DNA from: Phyllosticta citribraziliensis
Taxonomy: Eukaryota
Assembly: GCF_038025025.1 (NCBI RefSeq)
Contig: NW_027117347.1
Location: forward strand, 1,116,001-1,180,000
DNA: 64,000 nt
Direction: 5' to 3'
The notes below the pieces were generated by a model. The model was given only the letters and a program-made list of their open reading frames with translations, made no database searches and was not told where the DNA came from. Made by a program: the position numbers and the translations under genes. Shown one piece after another: positions 50,702-64,000 of this stretch; within the stretch, counting starts at the first letter, position 1, and each line of letters starts with the position of its first letter.

Positions 50702-53152
50702 ATGAAGTTCAACATTGAGTAAGTTTCCTGCTCAAATACTCCGTCTCGACTCAGGCTCATCCATGGCAGCGATCTGCCGGTTCTTTTTCCGTACCCGCGC
50801 ATCTACCCAGAGCAGTACAAGTACATGTGCGATTTGAAGCGCACTCTCGATGCTGGCGGCAACTGCATTCTGGAGATGCCTTCGGGCACGGGCAAGACCA
50901 TTTCTTTGCTTTCGCTCATTATTGCCTACCAGCAGCATCAACCGGAAAAACGCAAGCTCATTTACTGCTCGCGTACCATGTCCGAGATCGAAAAGGCTCT
51001 GGCCGAGCTCAAGGCCTTGATGAAGTTCCGCACCAAGGAACTCGGCTACGAAGAGGATTTTCGGGGCCTCGGCCTCACAAGCCGCAAAAATCTGTGCCTG
51101 CATCCGTCGGTGAAGCGCGAGAAGAACGGCTCTGTGGTGGACGCAAGATGTCGCAGCTTGACGGCCGGATTCGTGAAGGAGAAGAAGGAGCGCGGAGACG
51201 ATGTCGACCTCTGCGTCTACCACGAGAACCTGGACTTGCTAGAACCTCACAACTTGATTCCTCCGGGAGTCTTCACGCTCGATGACCTTTTAAAATATGG
51301 CGAAGAGCACAAGCAATGCCCCTATTTCACGGCCAGGAGAATGATGTCCTTTTGCAACGTCATCATCTACTCGTATCACTACTTGCTCGACCCAAAGATT
51401 GCAGAACGCGTGTCAAAGGAGCTCTCCAAAGACTGCATCGTCGTCTTCGACGAGGCCCACAACATTGACAACGTCTGCATTGAATCGCTGAGCATTGACC
51501 TCACCGAGGACTCTTTGCGGAAAGCCACCAGGGGTGCAACCAACCTCGAGCGGAAGATTACTGAGATGAAGTCGACAGATGCCGAAAAGCTGCAGAATGA
51601 ATATTCCAAACTCGTCGAAGGACTGCGAGAGGCCGATCAGGCGCGTGATGAAGAGGCCTTCATGTCCAACCCCGTACTACCGGACGACTTGCTGAAAGAA
51701 GCAGTACCTGGAAACATTAGGCGGGCTGAACACTTTGTGTCATTCTTAAAACGCTTCATCGAGTATCTCAAGACCAGAATGAAGGTCTTGCACGTTGTGG
51801 CGGAGACGCCGCCATCATTCCTCATGCACTTGAAGGAACTGACCTTCATCGAAAAGAAGCCACTCCGATTCTGCGCCGAACGATTGACATCTCTCGTCAG
51901 AACCCTTGAGCTGACCAATATCGAGGACTACCAGCCTCTGCAAGAAGTCGCCACATTCGCGACTCTGGTAGCAACGTACGACACTGGATTCCTTCTCATC
52001 CTTGAGCCGTACGAAGCCGAAGGCGCCACGGTTCCGAACCCCATCTTCCACTTTACTTGCCTGGACGCTTCAATCGCAATAAAGCCGGTCTTTGAACGCT
52101 TCAGCTCCGTCATCATCACATCGGGAACCATTTCTCCGCTGGATATGTATCCCAAGATGCTCAACTTCCAGACGGTAGTCCAAGAATCGTACACAATGAC
52201 GCTGGCGCGCAAGTCATTCCTGCCCATGATCGTCACGCGCGGCAGCGACCAAGCGCCAATCAGCTCTGGGTTCCAGGTGCGCAACGACCCCAACGTGGTG
52301 CGCAACTACGGGGTGCTGCTGCGAGAGTTTTGCAAACTGACCCCCGACGGCATCGTCGTCTTCTTCCCGTCGTACCTGTACATGGAGTCGACCATCAGCC
52401 AGTGGCAGGGCATGCACATCCTCGACGAGGTGTGGAAGTACAAGCTGATCCTGGTCGAGACGCCCGACGCGCAGGAGACCAGCCTGGCCCTCGAGACGTA
52501 CCGCACCGCCTGCAACAACGGGCGCGGCGCCGTGCTGCTGTGCGTCGCGCGCGGCAAGGTGTCCGAGGGCATCGACTTCGACCACCACTACGGCCGCACC
52601 GTGCTCTGCATCGGCGTGCCGTTCCAGTATACAGAGTCGCGCATCCTCAAGGCGCGGCTGGAGTTCCTGCGCGAGACGTACCGGATCAAAGAAAACGACT
52701 TCCTCTCGTTCGACGCGATGCGGCACGCGGCGCAGTGCCTGGGGCGCGTGCTGCGCGGCAAAGACGACTACGGCATCATGGTGCTGGCGGACCGGCGGTT
52801 CCAGCGCAAGCGCGGGCAGCTGCCCAAGTGGATCAACCAGTACCTGACCGAGGCCGACACCAACATGAGCGTCGACCAGGCGGCCGCCATGGCCCGCAAG
52901 TTCCTCCGCGACATGAGCCGCTCCTACGGGCCCCAGCTCCAGGAGGGCATCTCCGTCTGGGGCCCCGCCGACCTCGCCCGCTACCAGGCCCAGGTCCAGG
53001 AAGACGAGATTCGCCTCCTCCAGGAACGCCCGGATAGGGAGGTCGTCATGGGCGACGCCGCCGCCGCCGCCAAGCACGGCAATGGGCTCGAGGTGGACGA
53101 GTTCGATGAGGGCTTTGATGCTGACGAGGTCATGGCAGATGTCGAGACGTAG
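50702..53152 (+). CDS. RAD3: TFIIH/NER 5'-3' DNA helicase XPD
   Basis: Intron 50719-50769 gives MKFNIDDLPVLFPYPRIYPEQY. Walker A EMPSGTGKT, Fe-S cysteines, DEAH box, SGTISP and QCLGRVLRGK. Confidence 0.97.
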
Positions 53153-54063
53153 CATCGCTTGACACGTCGGATGGAGGGGCTGGAGGGAGTTGGATACAGC
53201 AGCTGCGTTTGCTGCAAAGCGAAGTCAAATAAAAGCCTCTTGATAATTGCAACTAATCATTCACCATGCCCCGTTTTCCCCACTCCCCTCCCTCGCTCCT
53301 CTTTCATCAAAAAGGTGGCTCCGTCATTATGCTTCCACCCCGCCAACCCAATTACATCGTGCCAGGGTAATGAATCTACCTACCTACCTACCTACATCGA
53401 CAAGGACATCGGCGATCACGCCCCCCTACTATCAAAATTTTACCTTCCATTGTGCCCACGCATCTACTCTTTCTCCAAACCTGTTCGTGGTCGTCAACTA
53501 CTCCATCAGCGTGTCTTACCCAGTCCTGATGACAAGATGGGGGTTGGCGTCGTGCCATTGGCTCGGCTGCAGCATCGGCTTATCAATCCTACGCCTGCCG
53601 CGCTTACACGGCGACGGGTCATGGTGGATTATGGAGGGCGTCGCGTCCTGGGTCATGGTGAAGAGGCAGTCAAGCCATGGGCCGGTCTGGGAATCGAGCA
53701 GAGATGACGCCGAGTAAATCACAAGTCTATCGAGGCAAGGATAGCTGTTGCAACTACGCATCAAAAAGATGAGCCGAAAAACAAATTTCAAATGGACAAG
53801 CCCAGCAATCTTTGTGATTTGAATCTCGCATGCAAACTGGAAGAGCCCGAAACCCGAATACTCCCGTTCGTCAAAGGCCGGATATGCATCGTAATAAAAT
53901 ACTCGACCCGCCCAAAAGGGGAAGAGGAGAGAAGTGATTTTAGGCACTCCTGTACCGAACGTTCATCATGGAGAACCCGACTTCTTGTCCATGCCAACCT
54001 GACCTCCCAAGCAAGCAAGCCGTGAAAGGAAACCAATGACACCCTAAGCCATGCTCACGCAAC

Positions 54064-54939
<876 letters not shown>

Positions 54940-55815
54940 GGCGATGTGGAAGAGAGTGTTTTGATAGCGAAAGCGGGTTGGGGAGGGCGAGTCGGGGGTT
55001 GGTGGGTGTTGTTGGATGGATGCAACAGAAGAGAGCAGAGGCGCCGGCGGACGGTGGAGTGTGAAGATTGCAGTGCGTAGCGTCCAAGAAGAGAGAGCGA
55101 AGGGAAGTGGGCTGTGGCACGGGCAATATAACCCTGCCCCGGTTAGCGCCTGTGTGAATCGTGGCTGCCCGAACAGCGCCCGCAGTGACGTAGACAACGA
55201 AGTTGGACAGACTGAGGTGAATACCTATGTATCTGGTGTCTTCAGGTATCTCTCATATCATCTTGAATAACTCTTCTTCCCTTCTTCTACCTTGTGCTGC
55301 ATATCTCCCCTCGCCACCAGACCGCCCCCGCGGCTCTCGGCAACCCAACAAGTCTTGCACGACAGCCCCCCAGGCCCAAAGAGGACGGCCCTCAGCCTCA
55401 TGCAATATTTGAGTCACCTTGGCCCCACGCTTTCAACATTCTGTGGCACCTGGCACGATAGGGCCTGTCAGTTCCGTACGAGTACCACCTCAGTACCACG
55501 TCACGTGCCCTCCTGCTTTGGGCTTAGCCCGCATCTGTGGAGACGGGGAGCCCGTTGGCCTCGGCCCGTACCTGCATCTAGTGTCCGCCATTCAGAGAAC
55601 CATCTTGAATCACTGCATCACTTACAAATCACTTGCATTGTTCCTCGCAATTAGACTTTTGCCGCTGACATGGCCGAATCCAAGACACGCCACTACGCCT
55701 CCAGTATTTTTATACACCATCGCCTGTCTCAAGCCCCCGTTCGCACGTCAACCTCCACCTTTATCAATCAATCGTCTTGTTGCTGGTATACCCACGGCCA
55801 CCGGTTGAAGAGTGA

Positions 55816-57232
55816 CTAGCAAAAGGCCTGCAGGCCAGTAATTGCCCGTCCGAGAATGAGTGCTGTGCAAAAGTCAGCCAAGTCATGACGAAGCAACCAT
55901 CTGTACATACCGTGAATGTCACTTTGCCCCTCATACGTCTGCGTCACGAAAAGGTTGGCCACGTGTCGGCCAATTCCATACTCGTCGCTGACTGCATTGC
56001 CGCCAAAGATCTCTTGCAGTCTGTAGTCTTGTCAGCAGCGTCGCCTCCTTGGCAGCGGCAAATCTTACATTCTGGCATTCACCAGAGCCCGGTCACAGTT
56101 TTGCCGCTTGATCATTGAAATCATTTCGGGCGTCGCCTTGCCCTCGTCCTTGAGCCTGCCGACCTGGTGGGCGGCAAGAATGCCATAGGCAGCGTCTGTG
56201 CAAGCATCCGCCAGCTTCTTCTGGACCAGCTGGTACTTGGCAATGGGGTTGCCTTTGAACTGCTTCCTGTCCAGAGCATACGTCCTTGCCCTGTTGATGC
56301 AGTCCTCCAGAGCCCCCATGGTCCCCCAAGCAATGCCATACCTGGCGGAATTGAGACAGCTAAAAGGCCCCTTTAATCCTTCGATATCTGGAAACATGTT
56401 GGCCTCGGGCACTGGACAATTATCCATCAAAATCATGCCCGTGATGGATGCCCTCAATCCGTTCTTGTCGCTTATCTTGGGCGTTTCCAGCGTGCCCGGG
56501 GGGCACAAGGAGCGGTCGACAATGAATCCCCGGATTTTGCCGGTGCTTTCCAGCTTGGCCCAGACAAGCATAACGTCGGATATGGGTGAGTTGGTGATCC
56601 AGGTCTTGGAGCCGCTCAAGGAAAAGTAGCCTTTCTTGGTGGGGTGCGGTCTCGCCTTGGTCTCCATCGAACCCGGATCCGAGCCATGGTTGGGCTCAGT
56701 AAGACCAAAAGATCCCAAAATCTTGCCCTTGGCCATGCCTGGCAAGTACTTTTCCTTGAGCTCTTTCGTGCCGAATTCATCAATGCCACCCATGACCAGC
56801 GAGCTCTGTACGGACATGCCTGATCTGTAGCCAGAGTCGACGCGTTCAACTGCTCGCGTGATGAGGCCAGAGGCGACATTGCCAACGCCAGCACAGCCGT
56901 GTCCCTGAATTGTCGCTCCAAGCAGACCAAGCTCCCCCATTTCCTCGAGAATCTTCTTGTCGTAGTTTTCGTTGCGATACGCCTCTGTTTATCCATGAGT
57001 ACTGCAATTGTTTCCACGTGGTCCGAGACGCACCTAGCACGCGGGGAAGCATGCGCTCTTGACAGTATGATTCCGCAGTTTCTGCAATGGCAAGCTCTTC
57101 CTCCGTCAAAAGATTGTTTGCTCCCAAAGGATCCTTCCAATCAAAAGTGTGGGCATAGCGGCGAGTTGTTACAGCGGCCAGCGACGGCGCCGTGAACTGC
57201 CTTGCAGCGCGCTTCCCGACAGTTGTGAGCAT
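55816..57232 (-). CDS. GCDH: Glutaryl-CoA dehydrogenase, mitochondrial
   Basis: Presequence [13 protein letters not shown], then [46 protein letters not shown] and [19 protein letters not shown]. Three introns. Confidence 0.93.
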
Positions 57233-57561
57233 TGTCAATGTAGAGAAAAAGGTTGCGACGACAGGGCGAACGTACGAGGAATGGAGCCAGAGTTATTGAC
57301 ACAAAAGATGATGGCGGTTCGGCAACCCCACACCAATCAAGTCCAGCTAGCCGTCTTCCGCCGAGGTGTCAAGCAGACTGTAGGGCGCACTCGGAGACAA
57401 TCGCCAACTATGGCGGATCGCAGGACACTTTCGACCATGCTTCGGTCTAGAAATAGGCAAGTCATGATCACCAGCCATTTTGTCTGTCCACCCCATGAGC
57501 TTTTTGAGGTTGACATGACCGAGCATTCATGACGTAGAGCCGAAACCCTGGCGCTAGTCCC

Positions 57562-57690
57562 AAAACGCGCCTAACGAGCCCGACGCGCCTGCCTGGCGCC
57601 TCCACGACGGCACCCGTTCCCTCCTTCAGCGCGACGTCACCCGCGCTGCTCAGACAACCTTTTCTCACCACCCTCGCGCCGCCTCGACTC
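57562..57690 (+). promoter_or_regulatory. Cluster of MCB-like (ACGCG/CGCG) elements upstream of FEN1
   Basis: AAAACGCG at 57562-57569, GACGCG at 57582-57587, and further CGCG cores near 57630 and 57675. Function is inferred. Confidence 0.4.
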
Positions 57691-57707
57691 GCTCACCCAT
57701 CGCCAAG

Positions 57708-58940
57708 ATGGGTATCAAGAACCTCTTCCAAGTCATCAACGAGCACTGCCCGAGTGCCGTCAAAACGGGCGAGATCAAGGGCCAATTCGGCCGCAAGGTC
57801 GCCATTGACGCCTCGATGAGCATCTACAGCTTCTTGATCGCCGTGCGCTCCGAAGGCCAGCAGCTCATGAGCGACACGGGCGAGACCACGTCGCATCTCA
57901 TGGGCATGTTCTACCGCACCCTCCGCGTGGTCGACAACGGCATCAAACCCGTCTACGTCTTCGACGGCGCCCCGCCCAAGCTCAAGTCGGGCGAGCTCGC
58001 AAAGCGTTTCCAGCGAAAGACCGAGGCACACGAACAGCACGACGAAGCAAAGGAGACGGGCACGGCCGAGGAGGTGGAAAAGTTCTCGCGACGGACCGTG
58101 AGGGTGACACGAGAGCATAATGCCGAGTGTCAGCGCTTGCTCAAGCTCATGGGCGTTCCGTACATCATTGCTCCAACCGAGGCTGAGGCACAGTGTGCGG
58201 TGCTTGCCCGGGCAGGCAAGGTCTATGCTGCGGCGTCGGAAGACATGGACACTCTGACGTTCAACTCGCCGGTCCTGCTGCGGCACCTCACCTTCAGCGA
58301 GCAGCGCAAGGAGCCGATTCAGGAGATACATCTGGACAAGGTGCTGGAGGGCTTGGAAATGGACAGGGAGCAGGTATGACTGGTCGTCCTACTTGACCTG
58401 GTTTACATTCGCTTACGCGCGCAGTTCATCGACCTCTGCATTCTCCTCGGCTGCGACTACCTCGACCCCATTAAGGGCATCGGCGCAACGACTGCCCTCA
58501 AGCTCATCCGCGAACACAAGAACCTCGACGGCGTTGTCAAATTCTTCGAGACCTCCCAAAAATACTCTCTGCCCGAGGACTGGCCCTACCAAGACGCGCG
58601 CCTCCTGTTCCTCGAGCCAGACGTGCGCCCCGCCGACCACCCGGACTGCGACTTCAAGTGGGACGCGCCCGACGTCGACGGTCTGATCAAGTTCCTCGTC
58701 GAAGAGAAGGGCTTCAGCGAGGACCGCGTGCGCAACGGCGCGCAGCGTCTGCAGAAGAACCTCAAGTCGGCGCAGCAGAGCCGGCTCGAGGGCTTCTTCA
58801 AGCCCGTCCCCAAGACGGCCGAGGAGCAGGCCAGCCTCAAGCGGAAGCACGAGCAGGCGCTCGAGGAGAAGAAGAAGAAGCAGAAGCAGGCGGCCAAGGA
58901 GAAGAAGGACGCCAAGTCGAAGCCTAGGGGAACGGCATAG
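57708..58940 (+). CDS. RAD27: Flap endonuclease 1
   Basis: [49 protein letters not shown]3TH LGCDY..GIG and PIP box QSRLEGFF. Intron 58374-58424. Confidence 0.97.
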
Positions 58941-59685
58941 ATTCAAATCACAAGGGAAAGAAGCTGTCTTGCTGGGTGAATAAAATGAGGCGGTTGATTG
59001 GCGTCATGGGAATCAGATAATGGTGGCATAAGTTTTTCGAATCGCTTAGGAGGAGCTGGCAAGGGAAACTGGCGTTGCACTCGGTAGCCATCACTGGCTT
59101 TTGCTTTTGCTTTTTTTTCTGACAAACGGTTTTTTCCACCTCTGAGAGCAGGGAATGAGGGAGGTAAAGATTTTACTTGCACCGAGGGATTGATTGCTCT
59201 CGAATGGACGGAATGGGCCGAACTGAGACGCGAAGCCTGCGATCGCGGCATTGCTTTGTCCGTCGCAGCACGATACTGATTAGGTCAGCTTTCTAGCTAA
59301 CCACATGCTTTGAGGAATCGAAGGATGAAGGGCAATGGCTTCGTATCACGTAAATGCGGCGGGGGACTGGCATGTCTTGTCGAATCGTTGACCTACCTAC
59401 ACGGACCCAACTTCAAAAACGTTTATAGAGCATGCCACGACACGTACAAGCAAAGTCCTGCGGCAAGCAGTCAGCCACATATTTCCTCGCCTATTGCCCC
59501 GGCCCACTCACTGCCACTGCCGCCGCTCGCGTTGCGGCACCTCGATTCTCCTCTCCAAACCCCCCCTACTGTACTGTCGTCCTTCGTCAGCACACAGCCG
59601 ACACAAGCTTCCAGCACACGGAAAGATCGATCAGTCGTTCGTGCATACTGTGCAATACAGACACAAACGCAGCGAAAAAGGTACA

Positions 59686-59717
59686 GCATGCATGCATGCA
59701 TGCATGCAAGCAAGCAA
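59686..59717. repeat. (GCAT)5(GCAA)3 compound microsatellite
   Basis: Read directly from the sequence. Confidence 0.9.
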
Positions 59718-59886
59718 GGTAAATAAATGTCTACGATTTCAATTGTTTATCTGTTTCTTTGTCTGCTTCTTTCATTGGTTCGCTCACGGATGGAGGGAGG
59801 GACGGAGGGCTAGGGAGGTGAGTATGAGATTGGCTAGACGAGCGAGGAAGAGTCGAAGGAGGAGCAGCAGTAGTCTCCTAGAGTGG

Positions 59887-59914
59887 TAGGTAGGTAGGTA
59901 GGTAGGTAGGTAGG
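59887..59914. repeat. (TAGG)7 microsatellite
   Basis: Seven perfect TAGG units. Confidence 0.95.
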
Positions 59915-60451
59915 CGGGCGTAAAGCACGGGAAGAAGAGGCGGCGTGAAGGAGTGTCTGTCTCAACGACAAAAAAAAGGAGTCATGACGATGATGAAGAT
60001 GCTGGCCATAAAGCAACAAGAAGAAGAGGAAGAGGAAGAGGAAGAAGAAGACGTCAAAGACGTTGATGCATCGCTAATTTGCTTTCCTTTCCTTTGCTTT
60101 GCCTGCCTGCCTGCTAGCCCGCTAAGCCTAACCCAGTCAGTCCGTCCACACCAGACCATCCCATTCCAACAGATAGGTGTTGCTGGGGAAAAGTAGAAAA
60201 AAGGAAGAAGACACGGGGATGATGCCATGCCTCCACTCTGATGGCTCCATATATGTATGCATGCTTGCTGCGGTGTAGGTCGTCTGCCTCCTCTTGCTCC
60301 CCATGTACACGCACGATCGAGTCCACCGCTAGCGCCTGCTGACCAGGCGACAGCACACCAATATAGACAAGGAGGAAGGAAAGGAGGAGAAAGAGGAAGA
60401 GGTAGAAGTTCAAGGACAGTAAGAAGGAGCGCTCAACTAGACGTCACCGCG

Positions 60452-63400
60452 TCAAGACGACCGAGGAGGCAACTCGACATGCTCCCAATCGCCCTCCCAC
60501 TCGTCCCAAACGCCCGCCTCCTCGTCACCAGGCTTCGCCTGCCACACCTGCGTCACCGACATGGTGCCGTCCACCTGGATGCCCCTCTCCGGGTGAACGG
60601 CGACGACGGCCCCGATGGGCGCCGTGTGCGTCGAGCTGCTCAGCGGGAGCTGGTACTTGAGCACGCCGCGCACAATGAGCTCAAAGGGGTACTGGATGAC
60701 GCGTTCCCAGCGCTCCGTACCGCCAGCCTCCGTCTTGTTGCCGGGCTTTTGCAGTCGCAGCTCACCAATCGAGTAGTGTGGCCGCCGCTTGAGCGGGTCG
60801 CCGTCAAAGTTGAGCGGCGAGTCGAAGTGGAAGATGCGGCCCAGCAGCATCGTCTGCGAGTCGCCTTCCGGGTCCTCAATCGGGTCTGCCGGGTCATCGT
60901 CGCGCTTTTCGTGTTTTCGGCTTTGCGCTGAAGCCGATCGGCGCGGTACGACGGGCTTGATGATGGGGCCGAGACTGCCGCCATCCGGGTGCTCACGCCA
61001 GAATTTTTCAGACCCGACATGTTTGCTCTTGGCAAAAATATTGACGTCCATGTCTTCTATGCTCACCGCCACAATGTTGGGGTTGATGGCTTCGACCAGG
61101 AGATCGAGCATGATTTCTTGCTCGCTGGCCAGGACGTTTTGGATCTCCTTGACCTGGACGCGGTACAACGGCTTGGTAGTCGCAAAGAGAAAACCCACGG
61201 CACCAAACGCAAGAAGCAAGACCATGATGGTCAGCACAAAGCAACCAGCGAAGCGTCGGAGACATCCGCGCCGACGACTCTCGTACCGCTCGTACGGTCG
61301 AAGATTGCTCGATGCCCGTGACCTCATAGCCCTATGCCTTGGTCTTTGCACAGTGCCCATGAGTGGCGTTCGCTCGTCGTCTGCGCCCTCCCCGTCCATG
61401 TCATAGGCCGAGAGCTCACCCATCTTTCGGTGCGAATGACCGCTGGGCCGTGAGCTGTGTGCAGGGAATTTCGGGCTCCCTGGTTGAGAGCCATGCCGCG
61501 AGGTGTAGCCAGAAACGCTGCGGGTCTTCGAATGCTGTGACTTGGATCCGTCTTCCAACTGATTGCTAATGTTTGAGTTGCGGCCAAAGCGGCCAATGTG
61601 GTGGTGGAAGCCGCTGTGACTGCCGCTGGATCGTGAATGGTTGCCTCGTATCGTGCCATCATAACGGTCGTTGCCATCTTCGTCGGCATTGGAATTGTTG
61701 TAGGGGTTGTTAGCAAACTTCATACTTCTCTTGCCAGCCACGCTTCTATGCCCTTCTACCACACCGGGTATCGCCCGCAGGCCACCTCGGGGATGGTCCA
61801 CAATGCTAGCCATGGAGGTCGCACTCGGCGTGCGAGAGTGATGGCGGCTCGGACGCGGATGGGTATCGGGGGGGTTCGATTCGTAAACAAACGTCTCGTC
61901 GGAGTCGGAGGAGTCGGCTTCGTCAACTGCACTCGCAACTTTTGCTTCGAAAATGTCGGCTTTCGAAGAAGCTTTGCGAGGAGAATCGTTAGTATTCATG
62001 TTGTACATGTACTTGCTGTAGCTGCTATAGCTGCGAACTGATGGAGGGCTTTGAGAATGTTGGGTGCTGGTTCCTGGACTAGCTTGTCCAACAGAACGAA
62101 CAGACTGCATAGACTGCATGCTTGAGTCTGCGGAGTGACCGAATTCCGGCCTACCGTCAGGCTGAATGGGGTGGTTGTGGTGGCTATTTGGGTTGCGAGC
62201 GAGGCTGTACCTACCAGTGCCCGATGTTATTGATGGAGCCTTGCGTACGGTTTTCCGCTTCTCCTTCTTGGGTCTGATCGTCTCGTTGCTGGGCTTGAGG
62301 CGAAGAGTGCCGCTTGGCTCTCCTCTCCCCTGGACAGCGCCACCTTGAGGCTGACCGATGACGCCTTGTGGGACCGATCGTACCGTCTCCGTCTCGACCG
62401 TCATGTTCTTGGACGGCTCTGTAACGGATCGAGACTTTCCAGGCACGAGGCCCGTGAAAGAATTCCTCGAAGGCAAGCCGGCGGGACGTGGTGTGTGCGT
62501 CGTCTTCTTCTGGTCCGTTGATCTGCCTCTATCCTCGCTCTTATTGTTGCTCCCACTTTCGCTTCCGCTCTCGCGAGCCTTGGCTTCTTGTGCCTTGGCC
62601 GCGTCTGTGGGGACGGCGACAACGGTCTCGTCGCTCGATATTTGCTTTGAGGGGGCGTTTGCACTATGACTCATGTTAGCCGACGAACTCGATATTTTTT
62701 TCCTCGCGACCTTTCTGCGGCGTGGTCTTGGCCGAGAAAAGCGGCGCGGGAACCAGCCGAAGCAAAATTACCTCTGAACGCTGAGCAGGTCGAATCCTGG
62801 TGTTGCTGGTAGACTGGCTTCTTGGACAGTCTCGAGTGACGGGGCAGAGCCGCCCTGGCCTCGCAAAGTGCCTCTTCTCGACATGGTCTCTGGATCCTCA
62901 GATTCGGCGGGCTGAGTCTCATTCCTGCTGCCGTGTCTCGACTGCGGAGGAGAGTCGGTGCTTTCGACGACGATGTTGGGAGCAGACTGGGTGGCAACGG
63001 GGCCGTCGGGGCGGCGAGGAGGGAGTTGAGATGGAGCTGGCTGGCCGCGGAGGGAGTTTCGGCGCGAGTGTGTGTTGGCGGAGGGTGGCGGCGACTTGAT
63101 TCGCGGCGAGACGGGCCAGTGTGGAGTGGAGTCTCCAGAGACAGCTGCACTGTTTGACTTTGCTGGCCGCTGGACCCTCGAAGCGTCTGCGGCTGCAGGA
63201 GGTTGAAGCTGAGGAGTGCTTGCAGATGCAAGGGCCCGCTGTATGGCGGCGGCCGAAGGCGTGGTTCCTGTGCCGGTCAGGGAAGTCGAAGTCGCGCCGC
63301 GGTGGGGGCTGACGTCGTTGGTATGACTGTTTTTGCGGGACCTGGCGACTTTCCGGGCCGGGCCGGCCATGGCAGGTTGGGCGGCGTGAGGTTGCGAGGT

Positions 63401-63724
63401 GGAAGTGGAGAGGGGAGGTCGCGAGGACGACGACGACGACACGGACGAGGTCGAAGGCTGGCGGGCCGGCGAGGTGTCGCGAGACTGGACGGGCGAAGAC
63501 ATGGCCGAAGGAGGGGCCGACGGGGTGCGCGGGCGGTGGTGCTGATTCACATTCACCTGGGTCTGTGTTGACGAGTGCTTGTTTGGGCGGAGTGACGATG
63601 ATTGGGTCGAAGTGTTGTTCGAAGTAGCACCAGCACCGGCTGAGGGCGCATCGTCGTAGAGGGCGGGATCTGCTGTCTCAGGCAGACCGGAGACGGAGCT
63701 GAAGCGTTCGTCCGTGTCGGCCAT
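60452..63724 (-). CDS. VAC7: Vacuolar segregation protein Vac7 (Fab1 PI3P 5-kinase activator)
   Basis: Intron 62771-62664 (GTAATT..GCTAAC..TAG) joins the 318-aa and 740-aa ORFs. Motifs MTVETETV.SVPQ, SSKADIFEAKVASAVDEA.SSDS.ETFVYESNP, DERTPL, a TM helix, IQNVLASEQE.MLD, TMLLGRIFHFDSPL and WERVIQYPFELIVRGVLKY. Confidence 0.9.
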
Positions 63725-64000
63725 GGCTGCGTTCTGGGAGAGTCGTCGCAGGGCTGAGTGGGATCATTGCAAGGTTTGGAATGGCGTTGAGGTGGCTCTG
63801 AGCACTCCAGGGCCTTGGCTGCCGGCGACCTTCATTGAGGCCCTCGCAGGGCAGGGCACGCGGCGAGCGGCGGTTGGCTGGCCCGACGGAGGTGGGATTT
63901 ATTGGCCGAATCGAATGGACGCGGAGGGTACGGATGACGAGCAGAAGAGCGAGCGGGCGAGCGTGTAGACGCGGGCTTGGGATGGGTGGGTTGGGTGTTG

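Noticed and set aside
52214..53155. Long antisense and alternative-frame ORFs over RAD3 (also over SLD1 6021-7091, SHM1, LPD1 and FEN1)
   Set aside because: Shadow ORFs expected from high GC3 codon usage on the real coding strand.

Overview
Gene-dense window from a filamentous ascomycete genome. Short GT-AG introns with CTRAC branch points and the protein sequences look Pezizomycotina, probably Dothideomycete; that taxon call is an inference. About 21 protein-coding genes can be built by hand. Most are conserved housekeeping genes: SAGA Ada1 (3' part), phosphoglucomutase/phosphoribomutase, sphingolipid delta-8 desaturase, Lte1-like RasGEF, mitochondrial SHMT, Cns1, a coiled-coil/Mcp5-PH protein, Lpd1, Sgd1, Srp14, AP-2 sigma, Rkr1/Ltn1, Rad3/XPD, Ubc4, glutaryl-CoA dehydrogenase, Fen1 and Vac7. 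The rest are an intronless diaminopropionate ammonia-lyase-family enzyme and a few poorly characterised proteins. I found no tRNA, rRNA, transposon, CRISPR array or secondary-metabolite cluster, and no clearly new multi-gene system. The best leads are: a Q-rich protein with an SS18/Snf11-like helix motif; a stop-free in-frame 243-nt intron in VAC7; two promoter-like intergenic units without long ORFs, one carrying a structured intron; the DAPAL variant; and sharp GC steps inside genes. All calls come from motif recognition, not database searches.
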